Shown here in pieces: positions 1 to 13,549 of a stretch of DNA of 64,000 nt. Under the pieces are notes generated by a model. The model saw only the letters and a list, made by a program, of their open reading frames with translations. It was not told the origin of the DNA and did no database searches. Origin of the DNA: Vicugna vicugna (Eukaryota); contig MU058241.1 in NCBI GenBank assembly GCA_013265495.1, forward strand, positions 683,249 to 747,248. Direction: 5' to 3'. Each line of letters opens with the position of its first letter. Position 1 is the first letter of the stretch. The translations under genes and the position numbers were made by a program.

Positions 1-1452
1 CAACAGGACCAGAGACAAACGGAAGTCCCAGGGCAACCAGGAACAGCAGAGACATTAGAACCAGGACGTCCCAGGGATTTTCGGAGCTGTGAAAACCACT
101 TCTTTTCTCTCCCTTCCTAAGTGGCTTTTCCTAATTCGAAAATGTGGAGAGAAACATAAAATTCAGAGAGAAACTGGAGATTGGGTCATAGCTCCAAGCA
201 ATTTATTTGATCTTCCTCAGACTCCATTCCCTGGTGTTCCAAATGTAGATACGTAACCCCTCACCTGCTTCATGAAGGCACAGGAAGGACTGGGGGAGGC
301 AAGTTTACGGTGAAGGAAAGGCAACGTATATACAGACATCGCCTGTCGGCAAATCAAAGTGGAGGCTGCTACTGGTCGGGGGACTGTAGTTCTCTGGAGA
401 AGAGGTTTTAAAAGTCAGTGAGCTTTTGGGCAGATGTACAGACGCCATTTTAAAATTATCCAACCCCTCAGTGTTTAATGACTTTAAGATTTCATAAGAC
501 TGAGCCTGAACGAAGTTCAAAGTGAAATGAGTTGACATTCAGCCGCACCGCTAATGTGCATCAGCTCTTAGGTAGAGTCTGTATTTGCACGTGTCCCCGT
601 TTCCTTGGTTTAAACTTAAGAAGTGGAGAAAGAAACGCAGCCTCCTGAAGCAGCCATTGCAAATGAGTTGTCAGTGGTTTAGGCAGACGCTCGTTCTCAG
701 CAGAAAGTGATTTCATCAGCCACTGGGGCTCCTGGTTCTGATGGCAGTGAACATCACGGTACCACAGGCTACCGAAGTCGGTTAGTTTTATATGTCCTGT
801 TAGTATGAGACGTTTGTTTCAAAGTTTCCTTTCCATAATGGCTACGATTTTGAACCACGGTTCTTAAATCTTGCAGTCACCAGGCAACTTGCACGCACTG
901 TCAGGGGAAAAAGGAATCAAAATGATTAACTACTTTCAGATGAGACACCTGTGAGGGACTTTTGAAGCCAGGCACTCAGGCGTGCCAAAACCAAACATTA
1001 TAAATTCATCATTTTCCAGTTTTAAATGGTAAGTGTCTTGTGGGTTCCCCAGTGACCCAGGCTTTGGAAATCGTTCTCATGAGACTTGACCCCGTGAGAC
1101 GGGTGGGCTTTGTAATGTTTACCTTGAAAGGAAAACTCCCCGAGGTGGGAAGGATGGCAGACTCAGGACCGGTGTCACAACGACCCTGGGGTCCATCGGT
1201 AGGGATGGAGCCCGTAAGTGGGAAAAAAGGACTGGCAGCTCTCCATGACACTTGCTCGTGGGAGTTCCCCGTCAGCCTCCCGTGGGGCAGCTTGGTAACA
1301 TGACTGATTCAGAAGACTGCACGTAAAGGAGTTGTCAAGCTTACTGGGGAGACAGAAACTTGTCCAGAATCAGGACTCGATTCAGACCCTCTAAAGAAAT
1401 GGGAAAGTGAAACGGAACTTAGTGTCAGAAGATCTCAAAGGTGACGCCTTGA

Positions 1453-1872
<420 letters not shown>

Positions 1873-4113
1873 TGACTGCCAAAATAATTTAATCTGGCGT
1901 GGACCATCGTGCTGTCGGCGGAAGACAGGGTGAGCTCCATACGTGAACCCAGTACCAGTAGAACTTGACTGTTGGCTTAAGTTACCCACAGTGCAATCAG
2001 AAGGGAGATAATTTTTTTATCTGAGCGTTCACATTTATTTCCGCCCAGAACCACGTGCCCTTGAGATAAACTTAAACCCATCCAAACTGAGGGAAATGCA
2101 ACACCCAGAGTGCTGGTTCATGTGACACCTGATCACCTGAACGACTTCCCCGGTTTTTCTCCTACATCTAAGCCTGTGCTCCACACAGGGCTTCAGGGCG
2201 TGGGGTAACAGCCGTATCCCAGAAGGGCTTACCAGGAAGGAGCCAGCGGCTCTTAAACCTTCTCTAAGTGCCTCCTCCTTCATCCGAGTCAACTTACCAA
2301 CAGGCAGGCCACCTGGATGGCAGCCCCCCATGGTGTATCTTCCAGGGCGTCTTCCTCTTCTGTCTTGTGGATTCGAAAAGCAAAATATTTACTTTCGTTT
2401 TAAGAGCTGTTCAATGGACTGCCAGCTGCCAGAAAACGCCACGGATGGGCAAAAGGGAGAAACTCTCAATATGGAACTATTTCATGCTTTTCAACAACTA
2501 AAATGCCTTCTCCACGTGTATCCGTAGAGGGAAAAATCCTCTCCTCTCGGTGATCAGATCATTTCCTTCCCCAAGGATGAGATTCCCATGATTTTTTTTT
2601 CAGTAAATACAAAATAAATTTCAGTGTTGAGATGTTTGGAAGAGGAATTTAGTCTTTCTTCCAAATGGTAGTATCTCAAAAAAGATAAGCAATAAAGACC
2701 TGAAAATAAATGAGAAATTTGACGTTAAAAAGAAAGAGCGTAAATTGGCGGGGGGGGGGGGTGGGGGGACTGGTCAAATTTAGTAATTCTATTCTATAAC
2801 TATTTTGTTAAAAATTTTTGCTTGAATAAAACATAAAGATGTTCAGAATGCAGCCCCAAATTGTACCTAACTTCCATGGTGTGCTCCCTTCAAGGGGGCT
2901 ACGGAAGTATCACTTACAAGTTTCCCAAACGATGGAATTTCCAAATAGGTCCAAAGTTTAAATGGAAAGACGTATGAAAGTAACTGATGGGCAGACCTCC
3001 TCCTTCATATCCTCTGTTTAGGAGCGAGAGGGAAGGCCTTGGACTGTTGTTGCTTTATTATTATTCCTGCCTTCACTAGGCGACACCACCTTGTGCTTCC
3101 TCGCTCTGTCTGCTCAGTGCTATGGCTGCTGTGCTGACGTGAGCTTCTCAAACTGAAGGCTCCAACTAAGTGAACCAGTTGGTGACCACGCTGTCTCAGA
3201 TTCTGCCAAATGAGGTAGAAAGCCACGCTCGAGAGTTCATCTTCTTCCTTTGATCTCGGAAACGCTGAGCTTCCTTTGAAAGCTGAAGTACGCAGCACAG
3301 CCCTCTTCAGCAAGCTCTAGTGAACTGAGGTTTGGGAGTGTTTCTGCTCACTCCTCCCCAGTGTCACCCACTGAGCACCAGGTAGAGTTTGGCACTAGGC
3401 ACAGGTGGGGCCATGTGCCGGCATTCATTCCCCGGAGTCGAGGCGAAGGTTCCAGATCTCCTGTAGGACGTGGTTGGCACCGGGTGTGTGGGCCCTGAGC
3501 TGGATGAAGTCAGGCAGTGGGAAGACCATTAACATTACCTGGTATCTTGGGACGTAGCAGCAGAGACAGCAAAAGCCGTGGGCCATTCCCAGAGTCCAGT
3601 TTTCTTCCTTGGACATATACTGGACAAAGAGATATTAACAGACCTCACCCTGTAGGAACACGACTGGATCCTTGCAGCTCTTACGTGATTTGCTCAAATT
3701 CAAAGACAGAAAAGTCTAGGGCGGCAGTGTGCTTCCAGAACTGAAATGTGTGGGTTCGCGTACCTACTTACAGGATTAAATTTGGCACGCCAGTAGGAGG
3801 CCTTCCTTCTACGGTGTAGAGATGATTTCATTTTCTCTCTAATGTCATGATTACTTCATATATTTATTCATTTCTGTGTGTCATTGATTGATGTAATCCT
3901 CAAATGCTGTTTTTAGTCGCTGGATTTAAAAACAGCCCAAGCAATCCTCAGAAGACCTTGCCTTCCAGAGATCTTTAACTCTTTCGGATGAAAGACCTAG
4001 GAATGGAACTTAGCAGTTGAAACCTTCCTGACAACTCTCTGATGACTAGTGGGATTGGCTGCAGGTATCCAGGCGTGTGGGAGAGGTCATGGCTGTGTTG
4101 CACCGGCGGATGA

Positions 4114-4446
<333 letters not shown>

Positions 4447-6569
4447 TGAAGGTACCGTGTGAATTTATGGTCAGGACTGTCACTGGGCCTTTACCTCTGA
4501 GAGACTGCAGGAGGCGACAGGATGGGTTTTCTCAACGTGGAATTGACGGTTTTCCACGACCAGCTTCCCCTGGGTCTCTCAGGATATTCTGCCTCTGGCA
4601 CCACTCAGTTAATTTTTGGAGGAAAGGTTTAGTTTCTGCTGCATCAGACTGTACAGGTTTCTTGAAACAGCTGCCAAATTGAGTGTGAATTAATCTCTTT
4701 TGTTTCATAACCTCCGGAATTTAAATCCCTCCCGAGCCGCCTTATCATCGCCATCATTTTGTTCGGTGCCTATTTCACTGCTGTTCTGAAGCTTCTGTGG
4801 GCTCTGATGAATACTGACAGTGTTACGGGTGGAGTTACTCAGGCGACAGTTGAAGGGCATAATTTGGCTGGACGTTAATAACAGCTCCGTGTTTATTTCT
4901 CTGGCTGCGTTGAGATGGCTGTGCGCGTTCTGAATGAGTATGTCTGCTTGGTCATCATCACGGTCCAGTTCCGTGGATGTAAAGCAGTGAGTTAGTCACT
5001 AATCAGCATAATCCCCTTACATGGAAGCGAACTTAAATTTATCTCAAACATGAGCTGTGATATTGATGAATAATGTAAGACGTATAATGTCAGTCATATC
5101 TTTCAATACAGGAGGGTTTGAACTGGCTGCTGTGACTTGCAATGCCTGTTCCATTTGGGGGAGAATGTATGTTTTCGCTAGTCTGTCCATTCCTTGTTAG
5201 ATGATAATGTCACCCCTTTCTCTGCATAATCATAGGTCTCAGGTGGAAAACTTGCATCCAGAATAATTTAATATTTGGGTTCTATTGCAGTGTATGTTGT
5301 AGATTTTCAAGTCTTTCTTTTAAAGAGTTCTTTTAAGAAAGGGAAAGTGCGTCCTTACCCCACCCCCACTGGGGTGGAGACACTGAGTAAGCCGGAGGGT
5401 GAAGTGAAAAACAAGGGTATCCGTCCTTCCCTGTCTGAAGGCTTCCTCCCCGTGGTCTGAGGATTTAATGAATAACTGACGGTGGGTTCAGAGGTGAGAC
5501 ACGGGGCTTGAGCACTCTTCACCGTGAGTTTCATGGTTCAAATGTGACCCAGGTGTGCTGTGGTCAAATGTGTTGCCACCTGTCCCCCTGCCCACAGGAT
5601 CTTGTCTGGTGCTCTTTTTTTTTTTTTTTTGGATAGAACACACTTTATTCACAAATAAGTCTCCTTAGAGTTAAAAGCAGAGGCAGTGTCTTCCTAGAAA
5701 AAAGAAACATGAGAAGGCAACTGCCATTTGATTTTTAAATTGCAGATTAGCTTTTTTGACTAGAAGACCATTCTGAAAATCAGATCAAGGCTGCACATGC
5801 AGACGTGAGACAGATGCAGCCCCTGGCCTGTGGGGACAGAGGGTGAATACCTGTGAGAGTTGTGCGGCAGCTGGGCAGAGGTCCTGGGACAGTCCCCAGG
5901 GTCAGTCCTGTGACTGCCAGCTGCCAAAGAGTCATCCATCCCGGGGAAGAAGCAGGGCCACGCTGTCCCACCACTCCTGGCGAATCTGAGCACCTCAACC
6001 GTCTACAGTTAGAGCTGCAGCCCTCACACTTTCATGGGCTTTGGTGAATGGCTGTGCACCATCTCGGGGAAGTCTTGCAGTCACCATTAAATTGCCTTAT
6101 TTCTGGCTCTTATTACAAATGCGCCCAACAGTCAGCATTCCAGACTTCAGTTCTTGCACTTTGGGCAAACCAAAAATATATGCCCAGAATTTGTAGTAGA
6201 TTCTCCCGTTTTCAGTGAAGGAGCCTCACAGAATGATGGGACCGTAGTAGCTCCAACAAAGAGTTGAAGGCGTTTCTTCCAAGGCGTGTCTAACTGTGGA
6301 CAAGACGGTACCACATCTTTCTTCAGTCAGTTCCTCGGATGTAGAAATGTGTCCTGCTGAGAAAATAATTTCACAACCTTGCTGAGATACAATTTACCTA
6401 CCATGAAAGTCACTTAAGTGTGGAAGCCAGTGATTTTTAGAATTTACTAGGTCATGTGACCATCACCATCATGCAGTTTTAAAATCCTGCAAAATCTCCC
6501 CTGCCTTCCTGGGAGAACTTAAAGGCAGAAACAAAGCGTTATTGAATCTTGTTTTACCACTCATCATTC

Positions 6570-7260
6570 ATTCCCTTTTTTATTAAACAGTGTTTACAGT
6601 TGAGCACCAACTATGTGTCAGGCACTGTTCTAGGCACCGAGGGCATAAGTGAAAGAAGAGACAGAAATGTCTGCTCCTGTGGAACACAAACACACAGATT
6701 GATCCTAACTAGAGGCGAGAGGACACAGTAAACAATCCATAAGATACATGAAATCCTCCCATATAGTTGGGTAGACAGTGATATCTGACTTTGAAAAAAA
6801 TACGGAACAGAATACAGGAGATGTGTGGAGAGGAGGTTGGTTTTGATTTCTGTAGTTTGGAGGGGGCAGGCAAAGAAAACATGTTTGTATAAAGAAAGTG
6901 AAGAGTTGGCTCTGCCACAATCTGAAGGAAGAGCCTTCCCGTTCCAGGAGGTGGCAGATGCAAAGGTCCTGGGGCAGGAGTGGGTGTGCAGGATTCAGAG
7001 AGCAGCAGACGAGCTGGAGAGTGGAGCAGAGGAAGATGAGGATGGACAGGAAAGAAGGAGGTGGATTTGCGGGCCTCCATTGTCATTGGTAACAGCGTGG
7101 TTCTTCCTGAGTTAGATGGAGAGTGGCTGGGAGATGCTGACGTGATGGCATTTAGATTTCAGTAGGGTTAGGACCACTCAGGCCACTGTGTTGAGGACAG
7201 ATGAAAGGTGGAGGGTGCTGAGGCAGGGATGCCAGCGGGAGACCAAGGCAGTATTCCTGG
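6570..7260 (-). mobile_element. L2 LINE fragment
   Basis: tcattcattc...ttgagcaccaactatgtgtcaggcactgttctaggcac is the typical reverse-strand L2 3' end, followed by a degenerate purine-rich body. Confidence 0.7.
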
Positions 7261-7274
7261 TGCGAGACGTTGCT

Positions 7275-7400
7275 GAGTTGGAGGGCATTATGCCGAGTGA
7301 AGTCAGTCAGACAGAGAAAGACAGATACTGAATGGCATCACTTATACGTGGAATCTAAAAAACACAGCCAGCTAGTGGATATAAGAACAACAAAAGATAA
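7275..7400 (+). mobile_element. Short L1 fragment (ORF2 end / 3' UTR)
   Basis: ttggagggcattatgccgagtgaagtcagtcagacagagaaagacagatactg...cacttatacgtggaatctaaaaaa; similar to the L1 at 61480-61560. Confidence 0.75.
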
Positions 7401-7829
7401 TGTAACCTGGATAAAGGCAGAAGTGAACTGTCGGGGGAGTACGTGTGGAAAGGGCAATCCGACAGGATCCGGGAATTTGCCAGTGGCTTGCAGGGAGGGC
7501 GTGTCTTCAGGGTTCTTTTGTCACCAACCACTGACAGAATGGTGCTGCCAATGACTAAAACAGAGATGACTGAGACAAGGGTTTAAGGGGAAAACTCTTT
7601 CCTTTCCAGGGGGACACACATATTTCCAGAAGAAAAGTCATCCTTTCCAAGTCAGTGTGGCTGCTGAGCTCTGGGGCCTCTTCTGCACACAGGCTTTTCT
7701 GAGGGGTGGAGGGACCAACGGGCAGGGCTCTGGACACCCCGTAGGGTTGCAGTCGAGAAACACGAGCGGTAGAACTAGAAGCTGAAGACATAAAAACAAA
7801 TTGGTTTCTACCATAAAGTCTCCCCAGTA

Positions 7830-7980
7830 GGGCAGGAAGGATCTTACTGAGGTAATGGAATCATTCTGAAACGGATGATACTGATGGTTGCACAGCGTAG
7901 GAAACACTGAAACTCGTTGGCCTGCATGCTTAGGTGCGTGAACTGTACGGTAGGTAAATTATATTTCAATAAGATTGTTC
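7830..7980 (+). mobile_element. Old L1M 3' end fragment
   Basis: tgatggttgcacagc...gtgaactgtacggtaggtaaattatatttcaataa resembles an L1MB/L1ME 3' terminus. Confidence 0.55.
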
Positions 7981-9549
7981 AATTTTTTTGTCCAGCAAGC
8001 ACTTTTGTATCTTTGTGCCTGAAATGGAGTAAGGTGGGGAGATACATGGTGTACCCTGCTGTGAACGTCTTCCGACGTTGAGCGGATCTGGTACCCTCCC
8101 CTCATTTCATGATGCCTCTTCACCGAAACCACAGTAGCATCAATTGTGACCCTCATGCAGTATTTGGTTTCCAGAGCACGGGAACTAAAGTCTGGAAGGC
8201 TCCCGGCAGTGAGGTAGATGGAAGGATGGGTGGGGGCTTACCACTTTTTAATGTCACTGCTGTGCTTCCAAAACTGCTGCATTTCTGTTTTATAAAAGCC
8301 CGCTTATTCCTGCTGTGCTCCACAACTGTACCAGCTGGACGCTGTACCAGTTGTAAGTCTTCTCCTAGTTTAAAATTAAGAAAGAAATATCGCTTCCAAA
8401 ATAATTATCTGTGCAAAGGGTGGGCAGTGATGTAGTGTATTTGAGTTCTGTAGATGACCAGCCTGCATCATGTCAGGCTGGGTCAAGGGAACGGGCCGGA
8501 TCCTTTCCATCTTCCAGGGACGCCTGAAAGTAAAAGTAAAATGAAACAGGACAGGAGAAAAACGTGATAAAATGGGCTTCGTTTAGTTTACGTGTGCTGC
8601 CGGGTATTCACAGGCTGTACTCCCGATTCTCTTGGAAAAGCCGACATTCTTGTCTGTCTGTCTTTGTGCTCCCGTTAAAATACAGAATTAGTGTGTGGTT
8701 CGCCAGAATGGATGGGCTACTCAGTTAATTTCCCTTTAACTCATTTGTTTCCCTGTAACTCAATGCTAACCCTCCAAATACCTGTTTTTAGAGAAAATTC
8801 TGAGTTGTTCATAGATTGGTAAATCAGTTGCATGCTTTTTCCTTTCCAAGGGAATACCATTTTGGAGGGATGTTTTTGTTGCTAACCCCTACATCTCCCC
8901 AGAAGAAATCCACGATTGTAGAATGGGTAAAATCAGTAATTTTTGCTGGTAGTGGAAAGGCTGTAATAGAGGTTGGGGTAATTTCTCTATTTACTTATTT
9001 AAATTCTCTATACTGTCTTTTTCCCTGAGACTTGAGAAGGAAAACTGGCTTCAACCTTAAAAGTTAACATTACAAATATTTTAACAGACTAATGTATACT
9101 GTCCTTTATATGTAGTCCTTCTCGACTTTTTGTCTCTTTATGGAGAAAATGGAAGTGGTGGTCCTTCCACATGGTGAATGGCCTTCCTAGGTTACTCCTG
9201 GGGTGAACGGCTTTTCTGGCCACCAAGCCCGCCAGACCCTAGGGTCTCTCCCGTTTCAGCCTCAGAACACAGGTGTGCAAACGTCTGTATTCATAAGGAC
9301 GTTTGCACATGTGACTTCCGACACCTGGAGACTACCTGTCAGAGACGGAGCTCCTCCAGACACCGATGCAAGTTAAAGCTGTCAGTGAAAGCGGCTGACT
9401 TAGGAGGTGATGCAGGAAATAGGGGGCTAGAGGAGATGTGTGACCAGGAAAAGCAGGCAGAACCCAGAAGGCACGTTCTTGCGCTAGTTACCAAGCCTTC
9501 CTCCTCGTGGGCGACTCGGTCCTGGCTGCAGGCTACTGGGGGCACGCGC

Positions 9550-9698
9550 GCCTGCTCGTGGGCGGGGCCCGTCCATGGGCGTGGCTGGCTTGTGGGCGGG
9601 GCCCGTCCATGGGCGTGGCCTGCTCGTGGGCGGGGCCCGTCCATGGGCGTGGCTGGCTCGTGGGCAGGACCTGCTTGTGGGCGGGGCCTGCTCCTGGT
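9550..9698. repeat. GC-rich minisatellite, 34-bp unit built from two 17-bp subunits
   Basis: Unit gctcgtgggcggggcccgtccatgggcgtggctg occurs about 3 times plus degenerate 17-mers; a partial second array lies at 10891-10990. Confidence 0.9.
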
Positions 9699-9923
9699 CC
9701 AGACAGAGGCTTGGGGCGGGGAGCTGGCATTTAAACGTCAATGGAATGCGTGGGTTACCCAAGAGCATCTGTGGTTCACATTTTGTTTTTATTCAGTTAT
9801 CTACGTGATTCCCCTTACAGAACGTATCTAATGTATTTTGAATTGTGGTGTGAAATAAGTAGATTAATGGTTTCATGGACGGAATTTGGTGAGATCATGA
9901 AAGGAGCCCCTGTGTTCCTGGAT

Positions 9924-9953
9924 GGTCCTGGTCCTGGTCCTGGTCCTGGTCCT
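9924..9953. repeat. (GGTCCT)5 microsatellite, duplicated at 11216-11245
   Basis: Read directly. Confidence 0.9.
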
Positions 9954-10379
9954 CCGTAGGACAGACTTAACAGGTGGAGACAGACAGGCCTTTCCAGGCT
10001 CACTTTCCCCTCCGGTCCCATCACCCTGCCCAATATCAGATCCATTTCACATTATTGTCCACTCCTCTGAGTAAGAAACTGTTGATTATTAAGTAACAGA
10101 GGGCCCAGACACACCTGGAATCAGTTTGGAGTGACAGCTGTGCCAAGAGAAAACATAATCTGGCATTAATTGGCATGTAACCTTTTCGCCATCATGCTGC
10201 TAGTTAGGGACAGGGCAAAAAAAAATGTGCATATGTTGCAGGTTTTGTGTTGGAAATACGTATTACTAGGACTACTGCCTGCTACAAGGCATTATTTACA
10301 AGTTTACAGAATCTGGGAAATAAAGTGCCATGCACACGATTTCTGTGTCTCTGTCAGTAAAAGAAGGAAGACTGACAGT

Positions 10380-10889
10380 TTTTTTTCTTTGAAGTCTGGT
10401 CAGTTTACAGTGTGTCAGTTTCCCGTGTACAGCATCATGTTTCAATCACACATATACATACATATATTCCTTTTCATAATCTTTTTCATTATAGGTTACT
10501 ACAGGATATTGAATATAGTTCCCTGTGCTCTACAGAAGAGACTTCTGGTTTACGCATTCTATATACAGTAGTTAGTATCTGCAAATCTTGAACTCTCAGT
10601 TTATCCCTTCCCCTCACCGTCACCCTAAGTTAGTTTACTATGTCTGCAACTCTGTTTCTATTTTGTACATAACTTCATTAGTGACTTCGTTTTTTAGATT
10701 CCACATACGTGTGATATGATGTGATTTTTTTTCTTTCTCATTCTGTCTTAACTTCACTTAGAATGATGATTTCCAGGTCCATCCATGTTGCTACAAATGA
10801 CATTTTATTCTTTTTATGGGTGAGTAGTATTCCATTGTATAAATATACCACATGTTCTTTATCCAGTCATTTGTTGATGGCCATTTAGG
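10380..10889 (-). mobile_element. L1 3' end, truncated by the duplication junction
   Basis: Reverse complement resembles the L1 3' end at 61214-61876 (ttgaatatagttccctgtgct, tagtatctgcaaatcttgaactc, gagtagtattccattgtat). Confidence 0.85.
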
Positions 10890-11671
10890 ATGGCCTGCTC
10901 GTGGGCGGGGCCCGTCCATGGGCGTGGCTGGCTCGTGGGCAGGACCTGCTTGTGGGTGGGGCCGGCTTGTGGGCGGGGCCTGCTCCTGGTCCAGACAGAG
11001 GCTCGGGGCGGGGAGGCTGGCATTTAAACGTCAATGGAATGCGTGGGTTACCAAGAGCATCTGTGGTTCACATTTTGTTTTTATTCAGTTATCTACGTGA
11101 TTCCCTTTACAGAACGTATCTAATGTATTTTGAATTGTGGTGTAAAATAAGTAGATTAATGGTTTCATGGACGGAATTTGGTGAGATCATGAAAGGAGCC
11201 CCTGTGTTCCTGGATGGTCCTGGTCCTGGTCCTGGTCCTGGTCCTCCGTAGGACAGACTTAACAGGTGGAGACAGACAGGCCTTTCCAGGCTCACTTTCC
11301 CCTCCGGTCCCATCAGCCTGCCCAATATCAGATCCATTTCACATTATTGTCCACTCCTCTGAGTAAGAAACTGTTGATTATTAAGTAACAGAGGGCCCAG
11401 ACACACCTGGAATCAGTTTGGAGTGACAGCTGTGCCAAGAGAAAACATAATCTGGCATTAATTGGCATGTAACCTTTTCGCCATCATGCTGCTAGTTAGG
11501 GACAGGGCAAAAAAAAAAGTGCATATGTTGCAGGTTTTGTGTTGGAAATACGTATTACTAGGACTACTGCCTGCTACAAGGCATTATTTACAAGTTTACA
11601 GAATCTGGGAAATAAAGTGCCATGGACACGATTTCTGTGTCTCTGTCAGTAAAAGAAGGAAGACTGACAGT

Positions 11672-12220
11672 TTTTTTTCTTTGAAGTCTGGTCAGTTTAC
11701 AGTGTGTCAGTTTCCCGTGTACAGCATCATGTTTCAATCACACATATACATACATATATTCCTTTTCATAATCTTTTTCATTATAGGTTACTACAGGATA
11801 TTGAATATAGTTCCCTGTGCTCTACAGAAGAGACTTCTGGTTTACGCATTCTATATACAGTAGTTAGTATCTGCAAATCTTGAACTCTCAGTTTATCCCT
11901 TCCCCTCACCGTCACCCTAAGTTAGTTTACTATGTCTGCAACTCTGTTTCTATTTTGTAGATAACTTCATTAGTGACTTCGTTTTTTAGATTCCACACAC
12001 GTGTGATATGATGTGATTTTTTTGCTTTCTCATTCTGTCTTAACTTCGCTTAGAATGATGATTTCCAGGTCCATCCATGTTTCTACAAATGGCATTTTAT
12101 TCTTTTTATGGGTTTTATAGTATTCCATTGTATAAATATACCACATGTTCTTTATCCAGTCATTTGTTGATGGCCATTTAGGTTGTTTTCATGTCTTGGC
12201 TATTGTAAATAGTGCTGCTG
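11672..12220 (-). mobile_element. L1 3' end (second copy, extends further into L1)
   Basis: Same sequence as 10380-10889 but continues with ggttgttttcatgtcttggctattgtaaatagtgctgct. Confidence 0.85.
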
Positions 12221-12535
12221 TGTATATATACACACACACACGTATATATATACTTTTTCGGGTTCTCTTCCATTAGAGTTTATTACAAGATGTTGAATAG
12301 AGTCCCTGTGCTGTACAGTAGGTCCTTGTTTCTCTAATTTATATATAGTAGTGTGTATCTGCTAATCCCAAACTCCCAGTTTATCCCTCCTCACTTTTCC
12401 CCTTCAGTAACCGTAAGTGTGTTTCCTCTCTCTGTGAGTCTGTTCCTGTTCTGTAAATAAGCTCATTTGTATTATTTTTTAGATTCCACATAGATGGGGT
12501 ATCATATGGTATCTGTCTTTCTGTCTTACTTACAT
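12221..12535 (-). mobile_element. Separate L1 3' UTR fragment
   Basis: ttacaagatgttgaatagagtccctgtgctgtacagtaggtccttg...ttttagattccacat...atcatatggtatctgtctttctgt. Confidence 0.8.
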
Positions 12536-13328
12536 CTCCATACTTAACAAACGGCATCGTCTGGAAACCTGGAGGGGTCTGCGTCATCACAAGTGAAGTT
12601 AAGGTCCCTCCCAGGGTGGGCGGAAGGGCTCCCTTCCCATGAGGTTTCACATCACTGTGACGACAGGCCTGCACTTGTCCGGGGCTGACAGGGGACTCTG
12701 CTCGGCATCCTGCCCACTGCAGGCCCACAGTGCCTGTCACTTTGCCAATTGTGCTGTTAACCACAAGAGGTTCAGGGACGAAACCTTAAATCCGTCTTTC
12801 TGAAACCCAAATGTTCCGCCTTCCTTTGCCAAAAGCACCACATATGATCGTTAATCAGAGGAACTATTTCTAAGGCTGAAGGTGGAAATCCATGCTAAAC
12901 ACTGAGTGTATCTTGCCCTGGAAATGACAGGTCGTAAAAGGAGCTGGTACAGCCCTACTCCTTCACTTGTGTTTGAAAGTGTGCTTGCCTTCTGCTTTCT
13001 GAGGTGTCTCTGAAGACGCCTGGGACGGCTGTAAGGGGGGAGAGGATGAAGCAGAGAGAAGTGTGATGGGGAGAAATGCTCTCATTTAAGCCTCAGAGAA
13101 GGGGATGGAGGAGCCCTGGTCCTGTGCTGTGACTCTGACCCTCTCACCCTACACTCTTGAACTAGTGAATTAGACTCTCTGATCCTCAGTCTCCCCATCT
13201 GTAAAATGGGAACAAACTGCTAACATTTAAAAACCAAAGTAGAACTGTATCTTATAAAATCAGGACTAAGCAGTAGTCTTGTCTGGTTTCAGGAAGCTAG
13301 ATGGTGTCACTGCTTTGGAAAGACTAGG

Positions 13329-13549
13329 TCAGCGGTGGGTAATCTGGCCTGTGGTCCCTGAGTGACCTGCTGCCTGTGTCTGCGTATAACATCTCACTGG
13401 CACAGAGCGGGGCTCATTTGTTTACCTCCTGTCTACGGCTGCTGCCAGGCTGCCAGGGCGGAGTGGAGAAGCTGTGACGCACACTGTGTGGCCTGCAAAG
13501 CCCAGATGTTTACCGTCTGGCCCCTTACACAAGGTTGTCGGTCCCTGCA
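13329..13549. mobile_element. MER58-like hAT-Charlie DNA transposon relic
   Basis: gctcatttgtttac...tggcctgcaaagcccagatgtttaccgtctggccccttacaca...gtccctg matches the remembered MER58A pattern. Confidence 0.7.

Larger units (their letters stand above)
9616..12182. repeat. Direct tandem duplication of ~1.28 kb (copy 1 9616-10889, copy 2 10891-12182)
   Basis: Near-identical sequence read directly. Duplicated spurious ORFs are offset by 1292 nt (9815/11107 and 10170/11462). Confidence 0.97.

Noticed and set aside
9550..9700. Short regular repeats that could suggest a CRISPR array
   Set aside because: The units are contiguous with no unique spacers, the context is a mammalian intron, and there are no cas genes.
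9178..9831. 217-aa ORF and overlapping ORFs with repeated peptide motifs
   Set aside because: They arise from the stop-poor GC minisatellite and have no recognisable protein family or splice context.
10170..11863. Two near-identical 133-aa ORFs resembling a duplicated small gene
   Set aside because: They are a by-product of the tandem duplication, start at non-ATG codons and run into antisense L1 3' UTR sequence.
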